Positions 7,816-17,118 of a stretch of 32,000 nucleotides of DNA are shown here, one piece after another. Each line of letters opens with the position of its first letter. Within the stretch, counting starts at the first letter, position 1. Source of the DNA: Candidatus Electrothrix yaqonensis (lineage in GTDB: Bacteria > Desulfobacterota > Desulfobulbia > Desulfobulbales > Desulfobulbaceae); the NCBI GenBank assembly GCA_047651235.1, contig CP178758.1, forward strand, positions 1,080,001-1,112,000. Reading direction: 5' to 3'. The position numbers and the translations under genes are program-made. The notes under the pieces were generated by a model. The model searched no databases and was not told the DNA's origin. It saw only the letters and a list, made by a program, of their open reading frames with translations.

Positions 7816-9039
7816 TCAGCCACGCTGTGCCTCCTGCCGGATAAAGCGGCTGAAAAAAGCAGCTCCGTTCGGGAAATATTCCGCAATGGTCTTGATATTC
7901 GCTTCAGTATAGCTGACCCCGGAAGGACGGCCCGTCCCTCTGGAAGCATAGAGAAACATGGGTACCGGCCAATCCTCATGAGTACGTCGTGCCAAGGGGG
8001 TATAATGATCCATAGTCACCACCAGCCGGTACTCCTCGCCCCGACGGTCCATCTCATCGACAATCGGCGTCACGATCCTGGCATCAAAATCCTCAATGGC
8101 ATGCACCTTGTCCTGCACAGCCCCCTGATGGCCAGCCTCATCCGGGGCCTCCACATGCACAAGGACAAAATCCTTCCCTGTCAGTGCATCGAGCGCAGCC
8201 TCAGCTTTACCCTGGTAATTGGTATCCAGATAACCGGTAGCGCCTTCCACCTCCAGCACCTCCAGGCCGCTGCACACGCCCAGCCCTTTCAGCAGGTCCA
8301 CTGCAGAAATCAGGCTGCCGCTGATATTATGCCGCTCCTGCAGCAGGTTCATGGCAGGCTTTTTCCCTTCCCCCCAGATCCAGATGCTGTTGGCCGGGCG
8401 TTTGCCCTCGGCCTGCCGCTTTCGGTTTACCGGGTGATCGGCCAGCACTGCAGCTGACTTGCGCATCAGCTCGGCAAGATAATCAGCTGCAAGGTATTGG
8501 CGATAGAACTCGGTAACCTCCTGATCCATGTAGTCATGGGGCGGTACTGTATGTAAAGATTCCGGTACTGCTCCATGATGAATGAGCAGATGACGATAGC
8601 TGACTCCCGGATACAAGGCAAGCCGTTCGGTGCCGCATTCCTCCTGGACAGCGGCAATCAGCTCTGCTGCCTCTGCCGTGCTGATATGACCGGCACTGTA
8701 GTCGAGCATGGTCAGACGATTATCCTCCTGATAATCCACTGTGACCAGATTGCAGCGGAAGGCAAGGGCATTCTCCGGAATATCGATTCCCATACTGGCT
8801 GCTTCCAACGGGGCGCGACCGGTATAGTATTTTTCCGGCTCATACCCGAGCAGGGAGAGGTTGGCCACATCACTGCCCGGAGGATAGCCTTCCGGCACAG
8901 TGCGGACCAGCAGCGGTTCAGCCAGGGCGCAGAGCCGGTCAATGGTCGGCTTGTGTGCGGCCTCCAGCGGCGTTTGATAACCCAGTTCCGGCACCGGAGT
9001 ATCACCCATGCCGTCGCCGATGAGAAGAATATATTTCAT
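7816..9039 (-). CDS. apgM: cofactor-independent phosphoglycerate mutase (ApgM type)
   Basis: The N-terminus is MKYILLIGDGMGD..LEAAHKPTIDRL. Metalloenzyme motifs (VHVEAPDEAGHQG, TMDHYTP) and the ~407-aa length fit the family. Confidence 0.9.
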   Translation of the reverse strand: MKYILLIGDGMGDTPVPELGYQTPLEAAHKPTIDRLCALAEPLLVRTVPEGYPPGSDVANLSLLGYEPEKYYTGRAPLEAASMGIDIPENALAFRCNLVTVDYQEDNRLTMLDYSAGHISTAEAAELIAAVQEECGTERLALYPGVSYRHLLIHHGAVPESLHTVPPHDYMDQEVTEFYRQYLAADYLAELMRKSAAVLADHPVNRKRQAEGKRPANSIWIWGEGKKPAMNLLQERHNISGSLISAVDLLKGLGVCSGLEVLEVEGATGYLDTNYQGKAEAALDALTGKDFVLVHVEAPDEAGHQGAVQDKVHAIEDFDARIVTPIVDEMDRRGEEYRLVVTMDHYTPLARRTHEDWPVPMFLYASRGTGRPSGVSYTEANIKTIAEYFPNGAAFFSRFIRQEAQRG

Positions 9040-9109
9040 ATAACCAGAAAATCAGAATATTTACGAATCAGCCCGGTTGGATCAGCAACAGGGAACATCC
9101 GGAACATAC

Positions 9110-9156
9110 AAAAAAGCATCAGCAGACGATCCTTCCTGGAGATCATCTGCTGATGC
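9110..9156 (-). terminator. rho-independent terminator of the lipoprotein gene
   Basis: On the minus strand the 16-bp stem is GCATCAGCAGATGATC / GATCGTCTGCTGATGC, with one G-U pair. It is followed by TTTTTT (the A-run at 9110-9115 on the plus strand). Confidence 0.8.
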
Positions 9157-9196
9157 TGTATGTACTGCAACGTATTTTTACTGACGTTATTGAACG

Positions 9197-9673
9197 TTAT
9201 TCAGCTCCGGGAGCAGCCTGTTCAGGCTTCATTTCCTCCTCAGCATCTTCAGTATTCATCATTTTTTCGCCACCCTCTTCCTCTGCACCAGCCTGTTCGG
9301 CCTGCATTGCCTGGTCAGCGTCTTCACCTGCAGGCATTGCCGATTCTTCGGAGCCATCTCCAGCTTCCATCATTTCTTCACCGGCTCCATCTTCCTCCAT
9401 ACCATCCTGCCCGACCTGCATTTCCTGATCAACCCCCTCATCACCGGCTGTCATAGCAGATTCTTCAGAAGCATCTTCGGCGTCCATCATTTCTTCACCA
9501 GCTCCTTCATCCTCAGCAACTTCCGGTTCACTCTCCGGCGCTGCAGGTTCAATCTGAGAACTTTCTACAGCCGGAGCCGCAGTCGTCTGCTCCTCCTTCT
9601 GCTGTTTACAGGCTGATACAGAAAAAACAAACAACACACTGGCAAGTACAACACCTAAATTTCTGATACGCAT
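9197..9673 (-). CDS. acidic, Met-rich repeat lipoprotein
   Basis: The signal peptide with lipobox is MRIRNLGVVLASVLFVFSVSAC. The mature part is dominated by E/D/A/G/M and holds about 2.6 copies of a ~39-aa repeat (GAGEEMM.A.D.SEESAM.AG..). The ATG at 9673 is preferred because a GGAG lies 6 nt upstream. Confidence 0.8.
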   Translation of the reverse strand: MRIRNLGVVLASVLFVFSVSACKQQKEEQTTAAPAVESSQIEPAAPESEPEVAEDEGAGEEMMDAEDASEESAMTAGDEGVDQEMQVGQDGMEEDGAGEEMMEAGDGSEESAMPAGEDADQAMQAEQAGAEEEGGEKMMNTEDAEEEMKPEQAAPGAE

Positions 9674-9782
9674 TTTGCTCTCCATCCTTTGTTGAAATTA
9701 CAGTTTACATACACACCCATTGTATCGGCTGAACTTTCACTCTGTCAATTGTAAAACACAACGTATTTATTGCCCGTATTCA

Positions 9783-11657
9783 TTACCGCATTTTGCCGCG
9801 CAGCTTTTCTTCCAGCCCGGAATGCCGTTTCGTCCTCCGGCCGACCGCTGTTGCCAGAATATCCCGGTCAGTGCAGAGGATAAGCCTGGTGCGGGCACGG
9901 GTGATTCCGGTATACAGCAGCTCACGGGTCAGAATCCTGCTGTCCTCTTCAGGCAGAAGCAGCAGAACCTGATCAAATTCCGAACCCTGCGCCTTATGAA
10001 TGGTGATGGCATAGGCCGTCTCATGTTCCGGCAGACGGGACAGACTGACTGAAGCCAAGCCTTTCTCCGGCTGCCGAAACCAGGCCCGCAGCCGCCCCTG
10101 CCCATCCTTCCACAATATTCCGGTATCACCGTTGAACAACTGGAGTTCGTAGTGGTTCCGCAGGATCATGACGGGTTTTCCGGGATACAGCTCCGTCCTG
10201 CCGGAACTTCCGGAAATCAGCCGGTTCTGCCGGAGAATCTGCGTCACCATCGTGTTGATTCCTTCAACTCCGGCAGGACCGTTGCGCAGGGCGCATAAAA
10301 AACGGAATTCTTCCAGAGCGCACAAGGCATCTTCCGGCGATGCTGCTTCCAGTATTCTCCGAAATCCGGGGATAATCTGTTGTCGCAGCCATGTTTCCCG
10401 TTCTTCTCCGGTGTGCTGCATCACCTCAAGATCAGCATAATCCGAAGTTATCACCTTATCAACCTTTTCCATATCCCCGCTGTTCACTGCTGCAGCCAAG
10501 GAACCGATGCCGCTGTTCCCCTGAAAACGATAGCTGTTCCGCAACACCACGAGGGAATCTGCCAGCGGATCAGCAGAGGATGCATTCTGCAACACGTTCT
10601 GCAGGCCAGTTATCCCGGTCAGCCCTTCCAGCTGCGCACAGAGCCGGGCAGACCAGACCGGTTCATTATTGGCGCAGAGATCGGCAAACAGACTGCCCGC
10701 CTCCACCGAAACCAGCTGATGCCGGTCACCGAGCAAAATGATCCTGGTCTTTCTGGGCAGGGCTTGAAGCAGAGCGACCATCAGGCCCACATCAATCATG
10801 GATGACTCATCCAGAATCAACAGATCAAGATACAACGGATTGGTCCGGTTATACCGGAATGCATCAGCTCCGGGACGGGCACCGAGGAGCCGGTGCAGAG
10901 TATGGGCCTGTTCCGGGATATCCTCTGCCAGCTCCTCCTGCATTCCTTCCTTTGCCCGGCGGATAGATTCCTCCAGACGTGCTGCAGCCTTGCCTGTGGG
11001 AGCAGCCAGAGCAATCCTGAGTCCCGGTTTCTCCTGTTGTTTCTGAAGAGCCAGGAGCAGGGCAAGAATCCGGGCCACCGTATATGTTTTGCCGGTTCCT
11101 GGGCCCCCGGAAATGATAACCAGCGGTTTGAGCAGGGCAAGCGTCGCTGCCAGCTGCTGAAAATTGACTGCTCCGCTTTGTTTATTGCCGGAAAAAAGCC
11201 GGTGCAGCAGTTCTCCGGCAGTCTGTCGATTGCTCAGATCCATCTCCAGATCACCGGTTGCCCTTCGGCGCAATTCTGCGGCAAGAAATTCTTCGTAGCA
11301 GTAATAACGGTACAGATACAGGCGATTCTGCTCATCAAGGATCAGCGGACAGACTTCGCCCGGTTGCCCGACAACAGGCCCGGCAAGCAGGCTTCTGCGC
11401 CATTGCTCCGGATCAGGAATCAGCTCCTCCTCCGGACTGAACGGCCACTCCTCCGGCTGGTCCAGCGGCTGACAGACGTGTCCGTTTCCAATAGCCGCAC
11501 CGGCAAGGGTTGCTGCCAGCAGAAGCGCAGGATTGCCATCCTGATCCGCCCCGATCCCCTGCCGGATGGCGCATTTTTCCAGAAAAAGACCGAGATGAAA
11601 ATCAAGAAGCCGGATTTCTCCTTTTTCGCAGGCATGCTGCAGATAGTCGCGGAGCAA
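9783..11657 (-). CDS. recD: exodeoxyribonuclease V subunit alpha (RecD)
   Basis: RecD-type N-terminus (..GEIRLLDFHLGLFLEK..), Walker A (ISGGPGTGKTYTV), DESSM Walker B, and C-terminal TIHKAQGSEF and LLYTGITRAR motifs. Confidence 0.9.
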   Translation of the reverse strand: MLRDYLQHACEKGEIRLLDFHLGLFLEKCAIRQGIGADQDGNPALLLAATLAGAAIGNGHVCQPLDQPEEWPFSPEEELIPDPEQWRRSLLAGPVVGQPGEVCPLILDEQNRLYLYRYYCYEEFLAAELRRRATGDLEMDLSNRQTAGELLHRLFSGNKQSGAVNFQQLAATLALLKPLVIISGGPGTGKTYTVARILALLLALQKQQEKPGLRIALAAPTGKAAARLEESIRRAKEGMQEELAEDIPEQAHTLHRLLGARPGADAFRYNRTNPLYLDLLILDESSMIDVGLMVALLQALPRKTRIILLGDRHQLVSVEAGSLFADLCANNEPVWSARLCAQLEGLTGITGLQNVLQNASSADPLADSLVVLRNSYRFQGNSGIGSLAAAVNSGDMEKVDKVITSDYADLEVMQHTGEERETWLRQQIIPGFRRILEAASPEDALCALEEFRFLCALRNGPAGVEGINTMVTQILRQNRLISGSSGRTELYPGKPVMILRNHYELQLFNGDTGILWKDGQGRLRAWFRQPEKGLASVSLSRLPEHETAYAITIHKAQGSEFDQVLLLLPEEDSRILTRELLYTGITRARTRLILCTDRDILATAVGRRTKRHSGLEEKLRGKMR

Positions 11658-11675
11658 TGTTGAAAACTCTGTGGA

Positions 11676-11981
11676 TTAAACTGTTGGTAACCTGTTGACA
11701 ACGACGTTTAAATTTTGTTGATAATCTTCAGATCGAATATATACACAAGTTCCACCTATAAAGTAAACAAATTCTTTTAACAGGTCTTTTTCATACAAAT
11801 CAACATCTTGAATGTATTTTCCACAAGCCGGCAGGCTTATTAATAATAAGCTATATTTTATAGATATAAATAAGATATTATAAAATTGCTTCAACTTTCT
11901 TTTCTCCCGGTAGTCTCGAAGCAAGTATGGAGGTATGGAAAACGAAGATGAACTTACGCCGCTGACCGGCATGTTATACAT
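11676..11981 (-). CDS. hypothetical protein (doubtful, AT-rich)
   Basis: 101-codon ORF ending 19 nt upstream of the recD start. It lies in a very AT-rich stretch and has no recognisable motif. Confidence 0.25.
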   Translation of the reverse strand: MYNMPVSGVSSSSFSIPPYLLRDYREKRKLKQFYNILFISIKYSLLLISLPACGKYIQDVDLYEKDLLKEFVYFIGGTCVYIRSEDYQQNLNVVVNRLPTV

Positions 11982-12000
11982 CCCGACTATCCTATGAGTT

Positions 12001-12882
12001 TTGCTTATGATTAAACGATCGTCAATATACCTCTATTCAGCTGCCATGATCTTATTCGCAACCTGGGCTTTCCTCCCGACTTCATGGAAAACAGAAACAT
12101 ATAGGCCATATGCCGCAGGAGAGATATTTTCGTACGACACGATTACGATTATAGCGCCTTTCGTAACTAAGATTTTGTTATGGGCTTCAGTTATAGTCGC
12201 TGCCTGTTTGCTGATCCTGTCAGTGCTGGCGTACAAGTGGCCAGTAATCAGATTCCCATCTGTCGCACGTTTGTTCGCGATTGTCATTTTTCCATGCGCC
12301 GGACTGACACATACTTTCCTTAATCTCGGCCCTTGGACAATCTATGGTCGCGTTACTGACTCTGCCGGACAGTCATACGTGTTCTGTGACAGCAGCTTTT
12401 TGCAAGGACAAATCATGGCGATCGCGAGTGTTGAAACAGAGAACTTACTGTTTTCCCGCCTTAAGGTTCTTGGAACCAATAATGGTGATTCACCTCGTAG
12501 TTGGGCCTCGGTTATCAGGCCAGCAAATCCACAGAATACATATGGGCAACTTTACCTGACCGATCAGCACATGCTTGCAGGAGTACGTTTCAATAACAAC
12601 TGTTACCTGGCGTATGACCTTGCTTCAAAAAAAATTTATGGCCATGGCGACATTGAGAAAATATCTCCGTTCATTTGCCTTGACAAGGACGACGAGATCC
12701 ATCTTCCTGATATAGATACAATCTGGAAACGAATTAAAGAAGGGAAGCCGGGTGTTGCCGGATATCCACATCGTGACGCTTTGGAATCCGCAATCAGGCA
12801 TCCAAATCAGAAGGTGAGGGATGTGGCAGAAAGTTTTTTGTCCCAGATTGCTGAACAACCGGTACAACCTGGGCCGAGATAA
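12001..12882 (+). CDS. hypothetical membrane protein (N-terminal TM helices, soluble C-terminal domain with HEAT-like end)
   Basis: There are about three hydrophobic helices in residues 10-110. The C-terminal GYPHRDALESAIRHPNQKVRDVAESFL resembles a HEAT/PBS-lyase-type repeat. The start is either TTG 12001 or ATG 12007. Composition is AT-richer than the flanks. Confidence 0.6.
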   Translation: MLMIKRSSIYLYSAAMILFATWAFLPTSWKTETYRPYAAGEIFSYDTITIIAPFVTKILLWASVIVAACLLILSVLAYKWPVIRFPSVARLFAIVIFPCAGLTHTFLNLGPWTIYGRVTDSAGQSYVFCDSSFLQGQIMAIASVETENLLFSRLKVLGTNNGDSPRSWASVIRPANPQNTYGQLYLTDQHMLAGVRFNNNCYLAYDLASKKIYGHGDIEKISPFICLDKDDEIHLPDIDTIWKRIKEGKPGVAGYPHRDALESAIRHPNQKVRDVAESFLSQIAEQPVQPGPR

Positions 12883-13309
12883 GATCCGGAACCATTTCCT
12901 GCAGCGGACCCGGTCCTGGCCAGCGCTTAGTGCAATACTTTTACTCACTGTTCTATTTATCATTTTACAATGAAATTCAAACAGAGCCTTGCCTCAATTT
13001 ATTCCTGGCCCTGACACCGATGATTAGGAGATGGATGCGTCGGCGCAAACGACGCTGGGTAGCGTTTCTGCCCCTTTACGGGGTGGCCTTCTTCCAGGGG
13101 CTGGCCGGTGCAGGCTGGTTGTACATCATGATGCAATCCTGAAGAAGGCGCAGGGTATGCCCGCAAAAAAATACCATAGACTGCCCTGCCTGACGGCAAG
13201 GAAACCGTATCTGACTGCTCTCTGTTATTATTGCCTTGCTTTTTCTGCCCGGCATTGATAATGAATAGAGACTGCTGTTTTTCTAAGAGAATTCAACGAA
13301 GGGAGATGA

Positions 13310-13978
13310 ATGATGAAGAAAAGTCTAATGATGCTTGCCGGTGCTGCCGTGCTTTCGTGCTCGTCCATTGCATACAGCGCACCGGGTTATGACCCGGGCC
13401 CTGGACCGGGATATGCACCGGGATATATGTATATCAGCCTGAACGGAGGACTTGCTGCGCTGGGTGATCTGGATCTTGCTGATAAAGACGGCTACGGCTA
13501 TGGAACCTTGGAATCTTCATCAGGACTCGCGCTTGCAGGGGCCATCGGATATGATGCCGGAATCGTCAGAATGGAAGCAGAAGTTTCCTATCAGGAAAAT
13601 GACGCTGACCAGGCGGTCAGCAATACCGGGGAAGTCATCGTGTATGGCAGCGGCAATGCACTGTCAACTTCGGCAACTGCGCTGTTGTTTAACGGGTATT
13701 TTAACTTCCTGAGCAACAGCCCTGTCACGCCGTACCTTACCGCCGGTATCGGAGGGATAAATGTTGAAGCTGAACAGAATAATATTTCATCTGATGACAA
13801 CGCGCTGGCCTACCAGGTAGGGGCAGGTTTTGCCTGTGCTGTTAATGAGATGGTTTCTCTTGATCTCAAGTACCGCTATCTCGGCTCTGATGAACTCCAG
13901 TTTGACAGGTTCGACGACAGCGGCTTTGATAAGTATGAAAGCCATAACGTTTACGGAGGATTCAGGTTTATCTTCTGA
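13310..13978 (+). CDS. outer-membrane beta-barrel protein (OmpA-like/OMP_b-brl type)
   Basis: A GGGAG RBS precedes the signal peptide MMKKSLMMLAGAAVLSCSSIAYSA. Amphipathic strands alternate through the body. The C-terminus YGGFRFIF ends in an aromatic residue. Confidence 0.85.
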   Translation: MMKKSLMMLAGAAVLSCSSIAYSAPGYDPGPGPGYAPGYMYISLNGGLAALGDLDLADKDGYGYGTLESSSGLALAGAIGYDAGIVRMEAEVSYQENDADQAVSNTGEVIVYGSGNALSTSATALLFNGYFNFLSNSPVTPYLTAGIGGINVEAEQNNISSDDNALAYQVGAGFACAVNEMVSLDLKYRYLGSDELQFDRFDDSGFDKYESHNVYGGFRFIF

Positions 13979-14202
13979 CCAGGAGCATCCATTCTGCCTG
14001 CATCGTGGAGTGGGTGCGGAAGCTGCAACCGATCTGTTCATCCCCGGCAAGGGAGCGGATAGACGGATCCACCGCCTCCGTTCCCTCCTGATCAACCAGA
14101 TTGATGATAACCGGACCGAGACCACCATATCCGCCTTATCCTTCTGATGCCGCCCGCCGGGATATCCCGAATCTTCTTCAACCTCTCTTCACCTTGCCTT
14201 GT

Positions 14203-14676
14203 ATGCCTGAAAGGACAAAACACCTCACCCCGCTTGCCGATACCCTCTCTGCCGTGTACGGGCGGCAGCAATGGGGCAATCAATGGCATCTGTATACCTT
14301 GGTCCGCCACTGGCCCGAACTGGCAGGTTCTGCATTTGCCGAACACAGTATGCCTGCCTATTTCCGCAGAAAAGAACTCTGGGTCTATGTGCAGAGTTCG
14401 GTCTGGATGCAGCAGATGCATCTGTGCAGGACAGATATTCTTGCCAAGGTGAATGCCTTCCTGCCCGGCAGGAGTATTGCGGAGGATATCCGTTGGACCC
14501 TGCAGCCTGCAGAGCTGGTGCCTCTGCCTGACCGGCCGGATACTGCTCCACCGGCTGAGGTTGATCCTGCTACGGAACAGCGGTTCCGGGCAATGGCGGA
14601 AAATGTTGCGAATCCGGAAGCCCGTGCCGCTCTGTGCAGGCTGTGGCGCATGATGGAAACAAGACGAAAGAAGTAG
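14203..14676 (+). CDS. DUF721 (DciA-like) domain protein
   Basis: The sequence L..W.HWPELAGSAFAEHSMPAYFRRKELWVYVQSSVWMQQMHLCRTDILAKVN matches the DUF721 pattern. The internal ATG at 14203 is chosen. Confidence 0.7.
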   Translation: MPERTKHLTPLADTLSAVYGRQQWGNQWHLYTLVRHWPELAGSAFAEHSMPAYFRRKELWVYVQSSVWMQQMHLCRTDILAKVNAFLPGRSIAEDIRWTLQPAELVPLPDRPDTAPPAEVDPATEQRFRAMAENVANPEARAALCRLWRMMETRRKK

Positions 14677-14799
14677 TTTTTTCTGCCTGCCGCTGGTATA
14701 GTACCGTCTTTTATATTTATGTTTATGTAAGTGCTGTATAGACGGAACGGTGAAGCATACTGACCGCAAAGATGATGCAAAGAAAAGGAAAACAGGAAA

Positions 14800-15264
14800 A
14801 TGGTACGATATATAGAAGGCGGACTGCAGGGAGACGGCTGTAAAATCGGGATTATTGTTGCCCGGTTCAACTCCTTTATTTCGGAAAAACTGCTGGAAGG
14901 AGCGATAGATACTCTGGTGCGCTCCGGGGTCAAGGATGAGGATATTGATGTGGCCCGTGTCCCCGGTGCTTTTGAAATTCCTCTGGTTGCTCAGAAAATG
15001 GCCAAGTCAGGGCGGTATGATGCAGTCATCTGCCTCGGCGTGGTGATTCGGGGCGCAACTCCGCATTTTGATTTTGTCGCCAATGAGGTTGCCAAGGGCA
15101 GTGCCCAGGTTATGCTGGATGCCGGAATTCCGGTCCTGTTCGGCGTGCTGACCACGGAGACCATTGAGCAGGCCATTGAGCGGGCCGGAACCAAGGCAGG
15201 CAACAAGGGCGCTGATGTGGCTGTGGCTGCTCTTGATATGATTAGTCTGATCAACAAACTGTAG
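14800..15264 (+). CDS. ribH: 6,7-dimethyl-8-ribityllumazine synthase
   Basis: Diagnostic motifs are [45 protein letters not shown] and GNKGADVA. Confidence 0.95.
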   Translation: MVRYIEGGLQGDGCKIGIIVARFNSFISEKLLEGAIDTLVRSGVKDEDIDVARVPGAFEIPLVAQKMAKSGRYDAVICLGVVIRGATPHFDFVANEVAKGSAQVMLDAGIPVLFGVLTTETIEQAIERAGTKAGNKGADVAVAALDMISLINKL

Positions 15265-15356
15265 GACCAGCCTGATGATGAGCATAATGAGCATTATAAA
15301 AACACATCGTTCAGAAAATTGGCTGGCAGCCTGTCTGCCGGTTGTCGCGCATTGAT

Positions 15357-15779
15357 ATGGGACTGCGAAGAAAATCACGGGAGTTGGCCCTGCAGTTTCT
15401 CTACGCACATGATCTGCAGGAGCGTTCCGTCGCTGCAGAGGCTGTCCGGGACGGGCTGCAGGAATTCTGCACCTGTTTTAAGACGGACAGTAAGGCATTT
15501 TCCTATACGGAAGAGCTGATTACCGGGATCTGCGGACGGCAGCAGGAGATCGACAGCGCGCTGGCCCGCTGTTCACACCACTGGCGGGTCGAACGGATGG
15601 CCCTGATTGACCGGAATATTCTGCGTATCGCTACCTACGAAATGCTCTACGGCGGCGATGTCCCGGCCACCGTGGTCATCAATGAGGCGCTGGAAATCGC
15701 CAAGCGGTATGCTGAGCCGGAATCGGTTGGGTTTATTAACGGTATTCTGGACAGCCTGCAGACTGGGAAGGCGGAGTGA
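15357..15779 (+). CDS. nusB: transcription antitermination factor NusB
   Basis: Motifs are RRKSRELALQFLYAHDL, DRNILRIATYEMLY, VVINEALEIAKRY and FINGILD. It sits directly downstream of ribH, the classic pairing. Confidence 0.9.
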   Translation: MGLRRKSRELALQFLYAHDLQERSVAAEAVRDGLQEFCTCFKTDSKAFSYTEELITGICGRQQEIDSALARCSHHWRVERMALIDRNILRIATYEMLYGGDVPATVVINEALEIAKRYAEPESVGFINGILDSLQTGKAE

Positions 15780-16807
15780 ACACCCGGCCCGGTGCAGGAG
15801 AAGGAGAAAGAAAAGGCTTGTTCAGGCCGGGTCTGCACTACATCGTGCAGTACACCGGTCTGCTCACCGCCGCCGGAGCAGTTGCCTGTGTAGGCACGGT
15901 GGCCGGTTTTTTCGGATATTTTTTTTGGTTGGCCGATCTGTTCGCCCATTTTCGGGTCCAGTATTTGCTCGGCCTGACACTGCTCAGTCTGCTTCTGCTG
16001 CTGGCAGGGCGCCGGAAAACAGTAGGTATTTTTTTAGTTTTTGCTGCGGTGAACCTGGCGCTTCTCCTGCCCCTGTATCTCGGCGGTCAGAGTGGGACAG
16101 CACACGAAGGGCAGGATGGGCCCGGCTTCCGGGTCATGCTGCTCAACGTGAACAAGACGGACGGCAACCCACAGCGTGTCAGCAGGCTTATTCGGGAGAC
16201 AGCCCCGGATATCATAGTGCTGGAAGAAATCAGCCGACAATGGCAGACCGATCTTGCCCGGCTGTCCCGTTCCTTTCCCCATGCTGTTGTCCGACCGCGA
16301 GAAGACAATTTCGGCATCGGCCTGTTCAGCACCTTCCCCCTTGTCAAGCACAGTATAATCTCTCCGGGCAGAGCAGCCCTTCCCACTATCTTGGCTGTTG
16401 TCAGGATAGAACAGCGCGACGTTCAGCTAATCGCGACGCATCCCATGCCGCCCTTGGGGCCGGAACTGTCCCGGCTGCGGAACGAACAGCTGGACCAGCT
16501 TCCGCAATATGTCGGCTCTTCCCTGCCGGTCATTCTGCTCGGCGATCTCAACACCTCCCCCTGGAGCCCGCATTTCAAACGATTACTGCAGCGTACCCGG
16601 CTGCGCAACAGTATGCCGGGATTCGGCGTGCAGGCAACCTGGCCGGACTCAAACCCTTTTTTACGAATTCCGCTTGATCACGTCCTGCATTCGGATCATA
16701 TTGTTGTCCGGAACAGAGAAGTCGGGCCGGATGCAGGCTCGGATCATCTGCCGGTCATTGTTGATTTTTCTTTTAACCTGAACGGTTTTTCGCCGGATAA
16801 AGGTTGA
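15776..16807 (+). CDS. membrane-anchored endonuclease/exonuclease/phosphatase (EEP) family protein
   Basis: The GTG start overlaps the nusB stop (GTGA). N-terminal TM helices are followed by EEP motifs (LLNVN, DIIVLEE, LLGDLNTSPWS, GSDHLPVIVDF). Confidence 0.8.
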   Translation: MNTRPGAGEGERKGLFRPGLHYIVQYTGLLTAAGAVACVGTVAGFFGYFFWLADLFAHFRVQYLLGLTLLSLLLLLAGRRKTVGIFLVFAAVNLALLLPLYLGGQSGTAHEGQDGPGFRVMLLNVNKTDGNPQRVSRLIRETAPDIIVLEEISRQWQTDLARLSRSFPHAVVRPREDNFGIGLFSTFPLVKHSIISPGRAALPTILAVVRIEQRDVQLIATHPMPPLGPELSRLRNEQLDQLPQYVGSSLPVILLGDLNTSPWSPHFKRLLQRTRLRNSMPGFGVQATWPDSNPFLRIPLDHVLHSDHIVVRNREVGPDAGSDHLPVIVDFSFNLNGFSPDKG

Positions 16808-16826
16808 AATTTTTTAGCTTTTCTAT

Positions 16827-17051
16827 ATGGTAAAGCAGGTAATTAAGAAGTTGGGGACTCTGCAGCGGCGGCTCTTTTGCGCAGCAGGTGTATTCATCGT
16901 TGTTTTTCTGCTTTGTATTCCAGATGGAGGAAAAGGTATGGGGACTGTGGAAGCCGGTAAATTTGTCAGGATATCAGGCGAAGTTTTGGAGGTTGAGGAT
17001 GTAAGCGCTGTGGCAAAAATCAATTCCTTATTGGTCCATCGGTTCCGATGA
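16827..17051 (+). CDS. N-terminal signal/anchor fragment, probably the frameshifted 5' part of the next gene
   Basis: The sequence is MVKQVIKKLGTLQRRLFCAAGVFIVVFLLCIP.. and ends ..AKINSLLV. A +1 shift at about 17036-17038 continues as IGSDEAVGEEENENYIQLLKK.. into the ORF at 17119-17895. Confidence 0.4.
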   Translation: MVKQVIKKLGTLQRRLFCAAGVFIVVFLLCIPDGGKGMGTVEAGKFVRISGEVLEVEDVSAVAKINSLLVHRFR

Positions 17052-17118
17052 AGCCGTCGGGGAAGAGGAAAATGAAAATTATATCCAGCTGCTGAAGAAG
17101 ACAGAGGACGGCTATGCC

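Noticed and set aside
9783-11657. RecD-like helicase as part of a defence system together with the adjacent AT-rich orphan genes
   Set aside because: The N-terminal domain and helicase motifs look like canonical RecD of RecBCD. No nuclease, ATPase or other partner typical of defence loci is adjacent. The absence of recB/recC from the window is not informative.
14677-14799. FMN (RFN) riboswitch upstream of ribH
   Set aside because: The gap is only ~120 nt. I could not find the conserved RFN core elements, only a weak 6-bp hairpin.
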